Assembly (NCBI GenBank): GCA_965222145.1
Contig: CBDCTG010000001.1
Location: forward strand, 684,146 to 748,145
Direction of reading: 5' to 3'
DNA length: 64,000 bases
From: Dehalococcoidia bacterium
GTDB taxonomy: Bacteria > Chloroflexota > Dehalococcoidia > Lucifugimonadales > JADFKI01
Part shown: positions 38,185 through 46,780 of the stretch, one piece after another
Layout: every line of letters starts with the position of its first letter
How positions within the stretch are numbered: the stretch's first letter is position 1
Notes under the pieces: generated by a model
Databases searched by the model: none
What the model saw: the letters and a program-made list of their open reading frames with translations, nothing else
Told to the model about the DNA's origin: nothing
Made by a program: the position numbers and the translations under genes

Positions 38185-38800
38185 CGGAATTCAGCCGCTG
38201 CTGGCGTTTGATGCTGTAAATGACATAGGTCGTGCCGCCGCCAATAGCGAGAATCACTATCACAAGGACGAGCAGTCCTTCAGTGCTCGACACCGAGGCG
38301 GCTTCCGCGATGTTGATTGGCGTGGTCGCAGTTACTTCCCCGTGCTCTTCGGTCACTATTTTTGTTAGCAATGACCATTGTCCTGAGCTACGGAAGATGA
38401 TATTGCCCTTGTAGTGAATCGGAGTCGATGGGTCGTTTAGCGCAGGTGTCTGGTATGTCGGCTCGCCTTCAGGATTGTAGGCGACGATGAGAACGCGCGC
38501 ATCCTCGACCAGCGTCTCCGTAGAGTGGTCCAGGATCATTACGCCGAAATGCACAGTGCCGACTCTGGGTTTGTGGGGCTGTATAGTAATGATAACTTCG
38601 TATGGACCGGCCGGACCACGGTGGAGCTGCAGCGGCTTGTCGAAGACCGATTCGCGTTCGGCCGGCGCCTGTCCCCCCGGCGTCTGTCCCATTATAACGA
38701 CGCTCAGCAACATCAATGCGACCACGCGACAGACCAACCCGATTCCACCTTGCTTGGTGTGGAGAAGAGTAAATTGAGGGACGGTGGGTGTGAAGCGCAA
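38174..38800 (-). CDS. FixH/YtkA-like domain membrane protein (hypothetical)
   Basis: 208 aa with an N-terminal signal/TM, an Ig-like block (YEVIITIQPHKPRVGTVHFGVMILDHSTETLVEDARVLI...) resembling FixH/YtkA domains, and a C-terminal TM (LLVLVIVILAIGGGTTYVIY). Confidence 0.45.
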   Translation of the reverse strand: MRFTPTVPQFTLLHTKQGGIGLVCRVVALMLLSVVIMGQTPGGQAPAERESVFDKPLQLHRGPAGPYEVIITIQPHKPRVGTVHFGVMILDHSTETLVEDARVLIVAYNPEGEPTYQTPALNDPSTPIHYKGNIIFRSSGQWSLLTKIVTEEHGEVTATTPINIAEAASVSSTEGLLVLVIVILAIGGGTTYVIYSIKRQQRLNSANR

Positions 38801-38834
38801 TTGAGCGTTCTTATGGGGGTAAGGCTGAGGGAAG

Positions 38835-38906
38835 TGGGCTTGCCAGGGATCGAACCTGGGACCAATCGGTTATGAGCCGACCGCTCTGCCGCTGAGCTAC
38901 AAGCCC
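38835..38906 (-). tRNA. tRNA-Met (anticodon CAT), elongator-type (a lysidine tRNA-Ile2 cannot be excluded)
   Basis: The minus strand folds as GGGCTTG TA GCTC AGCGGCA GAGC G GTCGG CTCATAA CCGAT TGGTC CCAGG TTCGATC CCTGG CAAGCCC A. Position 1:72 is a G-C pair and the anticodon stem lacks a 3xGC run, so it is not an initiator. CCA is not encoded. Confidence 0.9.
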
Positions 38907-39391
38907 GTTAAATGTGATTTTAGCCTAACTAATGGGAGTACGCACTGTCAAGGATTGTACTCCACTGAGTGCTCAGGCCGAAGTCTCTCCCACCAACAGC
39001 CGAATCCTAGGCTAGGTGTACCCTGTGGACGGATTATCGATCCAGAGACTTGTGAACGAATCCAGCAATTTATCGCTGGCGCAGCCATAGTGGCTGATCC
39101 AATCTGGAACGCATTAGTCCGTGGGTAGGACGAAGGGCAGCCCGATTCTCTACTAGATAAACACGCTCTCAAATTGGCTCAGTTAAATGTGCTCCCCCAG
39201 ATGCCTGCAATTGGAGGCATTGACAGAAAATGACTACATCGCCAAAATGGCATGCATTATGGAAAGCAATAACATGGGGATGCACGGCCCTTGCAATGCT
39301 GGAACGAAGGATGCATCGTGACAGGGTGTGGACGCTGAGTGGCTGGACGTACTGAGATCATCAGCGAGTTGAACTGTAATCTCAATGGCTG

Positions 39392-40222
39392 ATGAAGTTG
39401 GGGGCATATATGGGCACATTCGACGGAAAAGTGGTAATCGTCACTGGTGGCGCTCATGGCATCGGAAGGGACACTGCGATCGAATTCGCCAAGGAGGGTG
39501 CCAGCGTCGTCATCGCAGACGTTAACGAGGAGGCGGGTCGGGCAGTTGAAACCGAACTGAATCAACTGGGCACGAGCGGTCTCCTCGTCGTGGCAGACGT
39601 TGCGCTCCTTGCGGAGTGCAGTCGAGTGGTCGCGGAGACGGTCGAGGCTTTCGGCGGCGTGGACGTGCTGTTCAACAATGTTGGCATTCAGTCACCCGAT
39701 TCGTACCGGAACGTCGAGGATACGTCGGAAGAGATGTGGGATCGCATCTTGAACGTGAACCTCAAGAGCTACTACATGATGTCGAAGTTCGCAATACCTG
39801 AAATGCGGAAGCGGGGCGGGGGAGCGATAATCAACACCGCAAGCGTTCAGGGCCTTCAGTCACAGAAACTAGTACCTGCTTATGCTGCCAGCAAGGGCGG
39901 TGTGCTGTCGCTGACACGCCAAATGGCTCTTGACTACGCCGAGGAAAATATACGGGTGCTTGCGGTCTGCCCCGGCACTATCGACACTGAGATGGTTCGA
40001 ACCGTCGCTCGCTTGGAGGATGGCGACCCTGACCGTATCGTCGCCGAGTGGGGTAAAGGACACCCCATCGGCAGGGTCGGTCAGGGGCTGGACGTCGCCA
40101 ACGTAGTGCTGTTCTTGGCGAGTGAGAAGGCGAGTTTCATGACTGGGGAACATGTCAACGTGGATGGCGGATTTATGGCACTCGGAGCGTGGGCTTCAGG
40201 CGCGGGCGCGGCGCAGGAATAG
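39392..40222 (+). CDS. SDR-family oxidoreductase
   Basis: GKVVIVTGGAHGIGRD, NNVG, S...YAASKGG. The start may be ATG 39392 or 39410. Confidence 0.85.
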   Translation: MKLGAYMGTFDGKVVIVTGGAHGIGRDTAIEFAKEGASVVIADVNEEAGRAVETELNQLGTSGLLVVADVALLAECSRVVAETVEAFGGVDVLFNNVGIQSPDSYRNVEDTSEEMWDRILNVNLKSYYMMSKFAIPEMRKRGGGAIINTASVQGLQSQKLVPAYAASKGGVLSLTRQMALDYAEENIRVLAVCPGTIDTEMVRTVARLEDGDPDRIVAEWGKGHPIGRVGQGLDVANVVLFLASEKASFMTGEHVNVDGGFMALGAWASGAGAAQE

Positions 40223-40296
40223 GTTTCGCCAACTTCATGATCAGAAGACCGGCTCTGAGACGGGCACCCCCTGTTACTGCCGAGAGGGAGGGAAGT

Positions 40297-41070
40297 ATGG
40301 AGCAGAAAGTGGCTATCGTCACAGGAGGCGCTGGCGGTTTGGGATCGGCAATCTGCCGCAAATTCTCTACGCGTGGCGCTGCTGTCGCCGTGGCCGACGT
40401 CAACCAGGAAGCAGCAGAACAATTGGCACAGTCAGTTGCCTCTGATGGCGGCAAGGCAATCGCGGTGCAGGTTGAGGTGACGGATGAAATGTCAGTGACC
40501 AGTGCCGTCAGGACGGTCGTGGGCAATCTCGGGCGGGTGGACTTCCTGGTTCATTGCGCTGGCACGAACATCAAGGCGCCCATACTCGATATGTCGCTCG
40601 ATCAGTGGAATCTTTCTCTGGAGGCGCACTTGACGGGAGCATTCCTATTCTGCCGGGAAGCGGGCAGGCAAATGGTCGAGCAAGGAGACGGCGGCAGTGT
40701 CGTGTTGATGTCATCGGTTACGGCTACCTCACCGGTGCCCGAGCGCGGCGCTTATGGCCCGGCGAAGGCAGCGCTCATCAATTTCGCGGGACAGCTTGGC
40801 TTAGAGTGGGCTCGGTATGGAATCAACGTCAACGCGGTCTGCCCTGGCGTCGCGCTTACACCTATGACCGAGATGGTGTACAGCAGAGAGCCGGAACTGA
40901 GGGAACAGAGGCTGAAGCGCTTCCCGATCAAGCGTGAGGTCCTACCGGAAGAAGTTGCCGACCTCGTGCTTTTCCTGTGCAGCAATGAAGCCCGTTACAT
41001 CAATGGCGTAGGCATTCCCATAGACGGCGGCTTCCTCAACTCAGGGTTTTACCAAGATCCTGAGAGTTAA
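40297..41070 (+). CDS. SDR-family oxidoreductase
   Basis: MEQKVAIVTGGAGGLGSAI preceded by GAGGGAGGG. Catalytic S...YGPAKAAL. I do not accept the ORF-track extension to 40189. Confidence 0.85.
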   Translation: MEQKVAIVTGGAGGLGSAICRKFSTRGAAVAVADVNQEAAEQLAQSVASDGGKAIAVQVEVTDEMSVTSAVRTVVGNLGRVDFLVHCAGTNIKAPILDMSLDQWNLSLEAHLTGAFLFCREAGRQMVEQGDGGSVVLMSSVTATSPVPERGAYGPAKAALINFAGQLGLEWARYGINVNAVCPGVALTPMTEMVYSREPELREQRLKRFPIKREVLPEEVADLVLFLCSNEARYINGVGIPIDGGFLNSGFYQDPES

Positions 41071-41101
41071 GTCGTTTCCTTATTAGATTGGAGAAACAGG
41101 C

Positions 41102-41959
41102 ATGGCGCTATTGAACAACGAGACCGATGTCTCTGTACTCGTCGATGGACTTGACCATGTTGAAGGGATCGCCTGGGGACAGGACGGGTACTGCTACGCC
41201 GGTGGTGAGGCAGGCCAGATTTACCGGATCGACGTGGAGCGCAAAGAGGCAGTGCAAATTGCGGACACCGGTGGGTTCATACTCGGTCTGGCACTTGACG
41301 CGCAGCACAACATATATGCCTGCGATACCGGTAACAAAGCTGTCATGAAGATTTCTCCCGACGGGGGCGTGACGAAGTACACCTCCGGCGCACCGGGCGA
41401 GCCATTCAACAATCCGAACTATCCGGCCTTCGACGCCGACGGCAACCTCTACGTCTGCGACTCAGGCGACTGGAAGTCCGACAACGGTAAGATATACAGA
41501 ATCATGCGCGGCGGTGCGACAGAGGTCTGGACTCGCTCACTCTGCGAATTTCCCAACGGCCTCTGCGTGGGTTCTGACGGTTCAAGCCTGTTCGTGGCGA
41601 TGAGCCTGAATCCCCCTCGCATTTCCGAGATTTTAATAACGCCGGATGGCTCCGCCGGATCTGTGCGAACTGTCGTTGAGATTCCCGGCGCGGTGCCGGA
41701 CGGCGTGGCTTTTGACACCGATGGGAACCTGTATGTGGCCTGCTACCGTCCTGATCGAATCTATCGATACTCGGCTTCCGGGCAGCTCGAAGTGCTTGCG
41801 GATGACTTTGAAGGCACGATCATTGCGGCGCCGACAAACATCGCGTTCTGTGGTGCGGGGCGGGACATTCTACTGAGCGCCAATCTGGGCCGCTGGCACA
41901 TAACACGCTACGAGACGGGTGCCAGAGGACTGCCTTTACAATATCCTGACCTTGGATGA
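41102..41959 (+). CDS. SMP-30/gluconolactonase/LRE-family beta-propeller lactonase
   Basis: 285 aa with repeated propeller blades (EGIAWGQDG, NYPAFDADGNLYVCD, PNGLCVGSDGSSLFVA, PDGVAFDTDGNLYVA). Confidence 0.85.
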   Translation: MALLNNETDVSVLVDGLDHVEGIAWGQDGYCYAGGEAGQIYRIDVERKEAVQIADTGGFILGLALDAQHNIYACDTGNKAVMKISPDGGVTKYTSGAPGEPFNNPNYPAFDADGNLYVCDSGDWKSDNGKIYRIMRGGATEVWTRSLCEFPNGLCVGSDGSSLFVAMSLNPPRISEILITPDGSAGSVRTVVEIPGAVPDGVAFDTDGNLYVACYRPDRIYRYSASGQLEVLADDFEGTIIAAPTNIAFCGAGRDILLSANLGRWHITRYETGARGLPLQYPDLG

Positions 41960-41987
41960 GCCGGCCCGCGTTTAGGGAGACCTGAAT

Positions 41988-43100
41988 ATGACCCAATACC
42001 AACTCGAGCGCAACCACGGATGTCGTGTTTCAGACGCTTGGACGTTTCGCGGCCTCAAGACCGCCGTTATCGAAAACGAGCTGCTGAGGATCGTCGTGCT
42101 CATCGACAAGGGCGCCGACATTTACCAGTTCGTGCACAAGCCCTCGGACACGGACTTCCTCTGGCGTTCCCCTTGGGGTGTCCGCGACCCGACCGTGCGC
42201 ATGCCGACTACGGGGTCTGGCGAAGGTCTGTGGATGGATGTTTATGAAGGAGGCTGGCAGACTGTACTGCCCGGTGGAGGATTCCCCACCCAGTACATGG
42301 GCGCCGACATGGGCCTGCACGCCGAGGTGAATACGGTCCCGTGGGATGCGGTGATTCTCGAGGACACGACTGAAGTAGTCTCAATGCGCTTCTGGGTGCG
42401 AGCGGCCCGCACTCCTTTCTTCTTCGAGAAGACGCTGACGCTGCGCAGCGGCTCCGCCGTGCTCGAAATCGAGGCGCGCCTTACTAACGAGGGAGAGGAA
42501 CCCGTCCACTGCGTATGGGGCGAGCACATCGCGCTGGGCGCCCCTTTCCTGAGCGAAGACTGCGTCATAGACCTTCCCGGTGGGACACTCATCAACGAAG
42601 AATTGGAAGACTGGCATCCTAACAACAAGCTGAAATCGGGCTTTAATGCGCCGTGGCCCATGTCCCAACTCAAAGACGGAACGCCCAGGGACTTGAGCAG
42701 AATCCCTCCTAAGAGTTTCCGCTCCTACGATATGTCCTACATCGCGGACATGCCGGACGGATGGTATGCAGTGACCAACCAGAAGACAGGAATTGGCTTC
42801 GGCTTCCGCTATCCCACGGAAGTGTTCAGATACCTGTGGTACTGGCACTCGTTCGGCGGCGGATTCGGGTATCCCTGGTATGGACGCACTTACAATGTGG
42901 GATTAGAGCCATTCACAAGCTATGGCAACAGCGGATTGGCGGGAGCAGTGGAGAACGGCACCGCGCTGCTCGTGCAGCCAGGGCAAACGGTGGAGACATC
43001 CCAGCGAGCTGTAGCATACAGCGGCGCCTCACGGGTCAGATCGATCTCGTCGGACGGGGATGTAACCATTGAGAGTAATGCCGCTTTGCAAGGCAGCTAA
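41988..43100 (+). CDS. Aldose-1-epimerase-like (galactose mutarotase fold, DUF4432-like) protein
   Basis: 370 aa all-beta protein. Its size and pattern (LRIVVLIDKGADIYQFVHK...DFLWRSPWG...) resemble mutarotase-like proteins. The family assignment is tentative. Confidence 0.5.
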   Translation: MTQYQLERNHGCRVSDAWTFRGLKTAVIENELLRIVVLIDKGADIYQFVHKPSDTDFLWRSPWGVRDPTVRMPTTGSGEGLWMDVYEGGWQTVLPGGGFPTQYMGADMGLHAEVNTVPWDAVILEDTTEVVSMRFWVRAARTPFFFEKTLTLRSGSAVLEIEARLTNEGEEPVHCVWGEHIALGAPFLSEDCVIDLPGGTLINEELEDWHPNNKLKSGFNAPWPMSQLKDGTPRDLSRIPPKSFRSYDMSYIADMPDGWYAVTNQKTGIGFGFRYPTEVFRYLWYWHSFGGGFGYPWYGRTYNVGLEPFTSYGNSGLAGAVENGTALLVQPGQTVETSQRAVAYSGASRVRSISSDGDVTIESNAALQGS

Positions 43101-43241
43101 ACTCAGCAGGTTTCTCAAAGGGATTTCTGATGTTGGCTCCCGAAGGCATTGTTGCGGCACTTTTGATATTCCTGCTGGCTTTCAGCAACATCGCTGCAGT
43201 CCCCGCATCGACGGCGAGTCTGCAATATTGAACCCGATTTG

Positions 43242-43856
43242 TCAGTCTATGCTCATGAAGCGGCGCCAGTCTCTGTTTGCGAGGGCGGGCAACAGATGAG
43301 CGCGCTGGCGTCCGAAGTGCGTACCGGCGACGAGCAGTGACAGAACTATGCAGAGGATGATCTGACCGAGCGGCTGACCCGTGGCAATGGTTAGCGCGTT
43401 CAGCGCGATGAAGACGGCAGTCATTGCCCATACGACATGGCGCGTCGCCCCAAGCGCCAGGAGACCGATCGCTCCTGAGATTGCCGTAATCTGCCAGAGC
43501 ATAAGCATGGATATACCCAGCACGGTTGCAGCACCCTTGCCTCCTCGGAAACCCAGAAATGGTGAGAAGTTGTGTGCCACAACTGCAGCCAGCGCCGTAA
43601 AGTACAGCGCAGTGGGCGGCACGCCAAGTCGCTGCCCAACAATGATGGCGATAACGCCCTTGACGGCATCCACGGCAAGCACGAGAATGCCCGAGGCTAC
43701 GCCGACTTCCCGCCCAATATTGGTAGCGCCGGGGTTGCCGCTGCCCACGCCACGAATGTCGATGCCTCGTCTCCACTTGCCCATCAGGTACGCAGTAGGG
43801 AAGCTGCCCAAAAGGAACCCGAGCAAAATGACGCCCAACGATTCTATGCTCGGCAT
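43242..43856 (-). CDS. plsY: Acyl-phosphate:glycerol-3-phosphate acyltransferase
   Basis: 204 aa polytopic membrane protein with the hallmark GSGNPGATN motif (IRGVGSGNPGATNIGR) and GGKG. Confidence 0.9.
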   Translation of the reverse strand: MPSIESLGVILLGFLLGSFPTAYLMGKWRRGIDIRGVGSGNPGATNIGREVGVASGILVLAVDAVKGVIAIIVGQRLGVPPTALYFTALAAVVAHNFSPFLGFRGGKGAATVLGISMLMLWQITAISGAIGLLALGATRHVVWAMTAVFIALNALTIATGQPLGQIILCIVLSLLVAGTHFGRQRAHLLPALANRDWRRFMSID

Positions 43857-43857
43857 C

Positions 43858-44280
43858 CTAGTCGTTGGCTAGCTGCTTTGCGGCTTGCAAGCCGAGGTTG
43901 TAGCCCACTATGCCCATGCCGGTGATTACACCTCTGCATGCTGGGCCAATTTCGGAGACGCGCCCCCTGCTCGCGGGGTTGGACATATGGATTTCCAGCG
44001 TTGGAATCGGGGCTTCGCGAATCGTGTCGGCAAGGGCAGGATGTCCGGTCGTGTAACCGCCGGGGTTAATCAGAGCGGCGTTTGCATCGGTTCCCTTCAG
44101 CTTGGCTATAACTTCGCCTTCCTCGTTTGAGTGGAATATCTCAACGTCCACTCCCACCTCCGATGCGTACTCTTGGATGTGCTCATCGTATTCAGGCAGC
44201 GTCATGGTGCCGAAGATTTCGATGTCAACTGTGCCGCGCAATTCCATGCCTTGTCCGTGAAGAACCAACACCTTCGTCAT
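43858..44280 (-). CDS. aroQ: Type II 3-dehydroquinate dehydratase
   Basis: 140 aa (KVLVLHGQGMELRG...FHSNEEGEVI...INPGGYTTGHPALAD...EIHMSNP), canonical type II DHQase motifs. Confidence 0.9.
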   Translation of the reverse strand: MTKVLVLHGQGMELRGTVDIEIFGTMTLPEYDEHIQEYASEVGVDVEIFHSNEEGEVIAKLKGTDANAALINPGGYTTGHPALADTIREAPIPTLEIHMSNPASRGRVSEIGPACRGVITGMGIVGYNLGLQAAKQLAND

Positions 44281-44340
44281 AGTTTCGAGTCTCCTTGCTT
44301 GCAGAGTAAGATTGAGCCTAGAAGAATAGGATGATGTGCG

Positions 44341-46716
44341 CTATATGTCTAGAGCGGTGAAGCATGCGGCGATGATGCTGTCAACATCGATAGCGTACTC
44401 CTTATAAAGCTCCGTCCTGCTGCCCGACTGCCCGAACTCGGTCACGCCGAGCGGTGTTACAGTTGTGCCCAGCGCACCGCCGAGCCATGCGAGCGAATGG
44501 GGATGGCCGTCGGCGACGGTCACGACAGGCGCTTTGCGCTCGGCTGTCGGAATGATGTCCGACATAAAGGGTTCCTTAGGATTGCCGCTGACAGCGGAGT
44601 GCACACTGTCTTGATAGTGCCTGTACAGGGGCCCTGGCCCGGTAATGTTGATGATGTTTGCGAATACTCCTTCGCGCAGCAATTCCTCGCTCGCCTCGAC
44701 TGCTTCAGGAATCATGGCGCCGCAGGCCATGATGTTCACCACATTCTCGCCCGGCTGGTAGTGCGCTTCCGATGCGCGGCTGACGAGGCGGTAAGCGCCA
44801 CTTAGCACCTGAAGTCGTAGCTGCTCCCTCTCCCCGGCGTCCTCCGGCAAGGTCAAGAGCGACTGGTCAACGCGCTTACTGGTTAAGCGCAAGTAACTTG
44901 AGCGCCTGCGCCGCCGTACCTGTTCGAGCGCGCTCAGCATAATCCATTCGACTTCCTTGCCGAAGCAGGGCTCGTAGAAGTCAAGCTCCGGCATTTCAAT
45001 CCCGATTGACGGTGTAATCAAGGACTGGTGCGCGCCGCCTTCCGGTGCAAGTGTGATGCCTGACGGCGTTCCCACGACGATGAACTTCGCGCCTGCATAA
45101 ATGCTGTACATGAATGCGTCAAGCCCTCGCCTGACGAATGGGTCGTACAGCGATCCGATAGGGAACAGCAGCTCGCCGTTGGCCTCGAATGACTGCCCTA
45201 GCTGCCCTAGCATCATGAACAGGTTGTTTTCAGAGATACCGAGTTCGATATGCTGGCCCTGCGACGACTCGTTCCACCTGAGCGCGCTTGCGACCTCTTC
45301 CTCTGGTAGAAGCTCAGGCTCGGTGCGCTTCCACACGCCTGCTCTGTTTATCCAGCCTCCAAGTCCTGTGGAGCTTGCCACATCAGGACTGACGGTAACG
45401 ATGCGGTCAGCGACCTCGGGCAGGTTGCGCGATAGATCTGTAAGAACCAACCCGTATATCTGAAGTGTGGAAATGCTTCCCCTGTATTCATGGTCGAGGT
45501 CGGTCGGAAGGCGGTGAACCAGTGATGAGAACGGGCGCGATTCGGAAGAGCGAAGATGATCGGCCGTGTCGAGACATTTTCTGCCTGCCGCCGAATCGGG
45601 CGCGAACCCGCTCCACACCTGACTTTTCGATAGGCCTACACGCTCGCGTAGTTCATCCATCTGAGTGGTGGACAGCAGGTTGGAATGGTTGCGCGGGTCA
45701 CCAATGGAAGGCAGCATCCAGCCCTTGAATGTGTAGGCGAACACCACAGTTGGACCTCGCAGCTCGTCGGCGCGGGCGAATGCGTCTCGCAGCATGGAGA
45801 AGTCGTGGCCCCCGAGGTTACTGAATAGGCTGTGAAACTCGTCATCATCCCACCTGCTGATGAAGCGCGCTAAGTCTCGTGGATACCTGCTGGATCGTGG
45901 TAGCCATTCGCGCAGCGTAGAGGGATCGACACGCAATAGCCGCTGGTATGCTTCGTTGGACATTTCGTCTATGCACATTCGCAGCAATTCGCCATTGGGC
46001 TCGGCGAAGGCGCTCTGCAGGCGCCTACCATATTTGACATCCAGGAAGTTCCATCCGTTGGCTGCGAACATCTCTCGCCAGCTTCCCACGCGGATGCCAG
46101 GAATTATGCGGTCGAGGCTTTGGCGGTTGAGGTCAACGACCCACAGCACATTGTCCAGATCGGCCATTTCCGGCTCTGCTATGGCTTCCCAGATTGAACC
46201 TTCGTCCAGCTCTGCATCCCCCACGAGGCTGATGTATCGCCGCCGCGCGCGGTTGTAAAAGTGGAGGTGTGAGCGCAGATACTCCTCAGTAAGGGCTGCA
46301 AAGTTGGGCGCTACGGGTCCCAGCCCCACAGAGCCGGTGGAAAAATCCACGGCATCAGGGTCTTTAGTCTGACTCGGGTATGCCTGCAAGCCGTGGAAGC
46401 CCCGAAGAGTCTTGAGATATTCCCCATCGAGATTTCCCAGCAGATACTGTATGGCGTGATAGACTGGGGACGCGTGGGGCTTGACGGAAATCCTGTCGCC
46501 GCCACGCATGTAGTCGAAGTACAGCGAGGTCATTATCGTGACGACCGATGCGCTGGATGCCTGATGACCGCCCACCTTGCCGTCCGGCGAATGGCGCACG
46601 TTGTTCGCGTAGTGGACCATCTGCATCGACAGCCAAAGAACACGGTCTTGAATCTGTCTCAGAATCGTGTCGCGGTCCAGATAGGGGTCCGTCTGTTCTC
46701 GAATTGCCGTTGCCAT
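44341..46716 (-). CDS. AceE-like homodimeric 2-oxoacid dehydrogenase E1 / transketolase-like ThDP enzyme
   Basis: 791 aa. The ThDP motif VGDAELDEGSIWEAIAEPEMADLDNVLWVVDLNRQSLD parallels GDGEMDEPES...NCNLQRLDG of AceE. N-terminal GGHQASSAS. No E2/E3 genes are nearby. Confidence 0.75.
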   Translation of the reverse strand: MATAIREQTDPYLDRDTILRQIQDRVLWLSMQMVHYANNVRHSPDGKVGGHQASSASVVTIMTSLYFDYMRGGDRISVKPHASPVYHAIQYLLGNLDGEYLKTLRGFHGLQAYPSQTKDPDAVDFSTGSVGLGPVAPNFAALTEEYLRSHLHFYNRARRRYISLVGDAELDEGSIWEAIAEPEMADLDNVLWVVDLNRQSLDRIIPGIRVGSWREMFAANGWNFLDVKYGRRLQSAFAEPNGELLRMCIDEMSNEAYQRLLRVDPSTLREWLPRSSRYPRDLARFISRWDDDEFHSLFSNLGGHDFSMLRDAFARADELRGPTVVFAYTFKGWMLPSIGDPRNHSNLLSTTQMDELRERVGLSKSQVWSGFAPDSAAGRKCLDTADHLRSSESRPFSSLVHRLPTDLDHEYRGSISTLQIYGLVLTDLSRNLPEVADRIVTVSPDVASSTGLGGWINRAGVWKRTEPELLPEEEVASALRWNESSQGQHIELGISENNLFMMLGQLGQSFEANGELLFPIGSLYDPFVRRGLDAFMYSIYAGAKFIVVGTPSGITLAPEGGAHQSLITPSIGIEMPELDFYEPCFGKEVEWIMLSALEQVRRRRRSSYLRLTSKRVDQSLLTLPEDAGEREQLRLQVLSGAYRLVSRASEAHYQPGENVVNIMACGAMIPEAVEASEELLREGVFANIINITGPGPLYRHYQDSVHSAVSGNPKEPFMSDIIPTAERKAPVVTVADGHPHSLAWLGGALGTTVTPLGVTEFGQSGSRTELYKEYAIDVDSIIAACFTALDI

Positions 46717-46780
46717 CGTTGACCTCTCAGTTAGATATCAGGTGTCAGCAGTCAGCAATCTGTTATCCGGATGTCACATC

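Noticed and set aside
38800-38906. Genomic island integrated at tRNA-Met, and likewise at tRNA-Ser
   Set aside because: I found no integrase, no recognisable direct repeat of the tRNA 3' end, and no phage or IS genes on either side.
38907-39391. RNase P RNA, tmRNA, SRP RNA or 6S RNA next to tRNA-Met
   Set aside because: I could not find the universally conserved blocks on either strand: GGAAAGTCC and ACAGAA..CGGCTTA for RNase P, a tRNA-like 3' end for tmRNA, or the SRP domain IV motif. The region is kept only as an unexplained spacer.
43036-43776. 246-aa ORF overlapping plsY in another frame
   Set aside because: Its Arg/Cys/His-rich composition is implausible. PlsY motifs (GSGNPGATN) are in the other frame.
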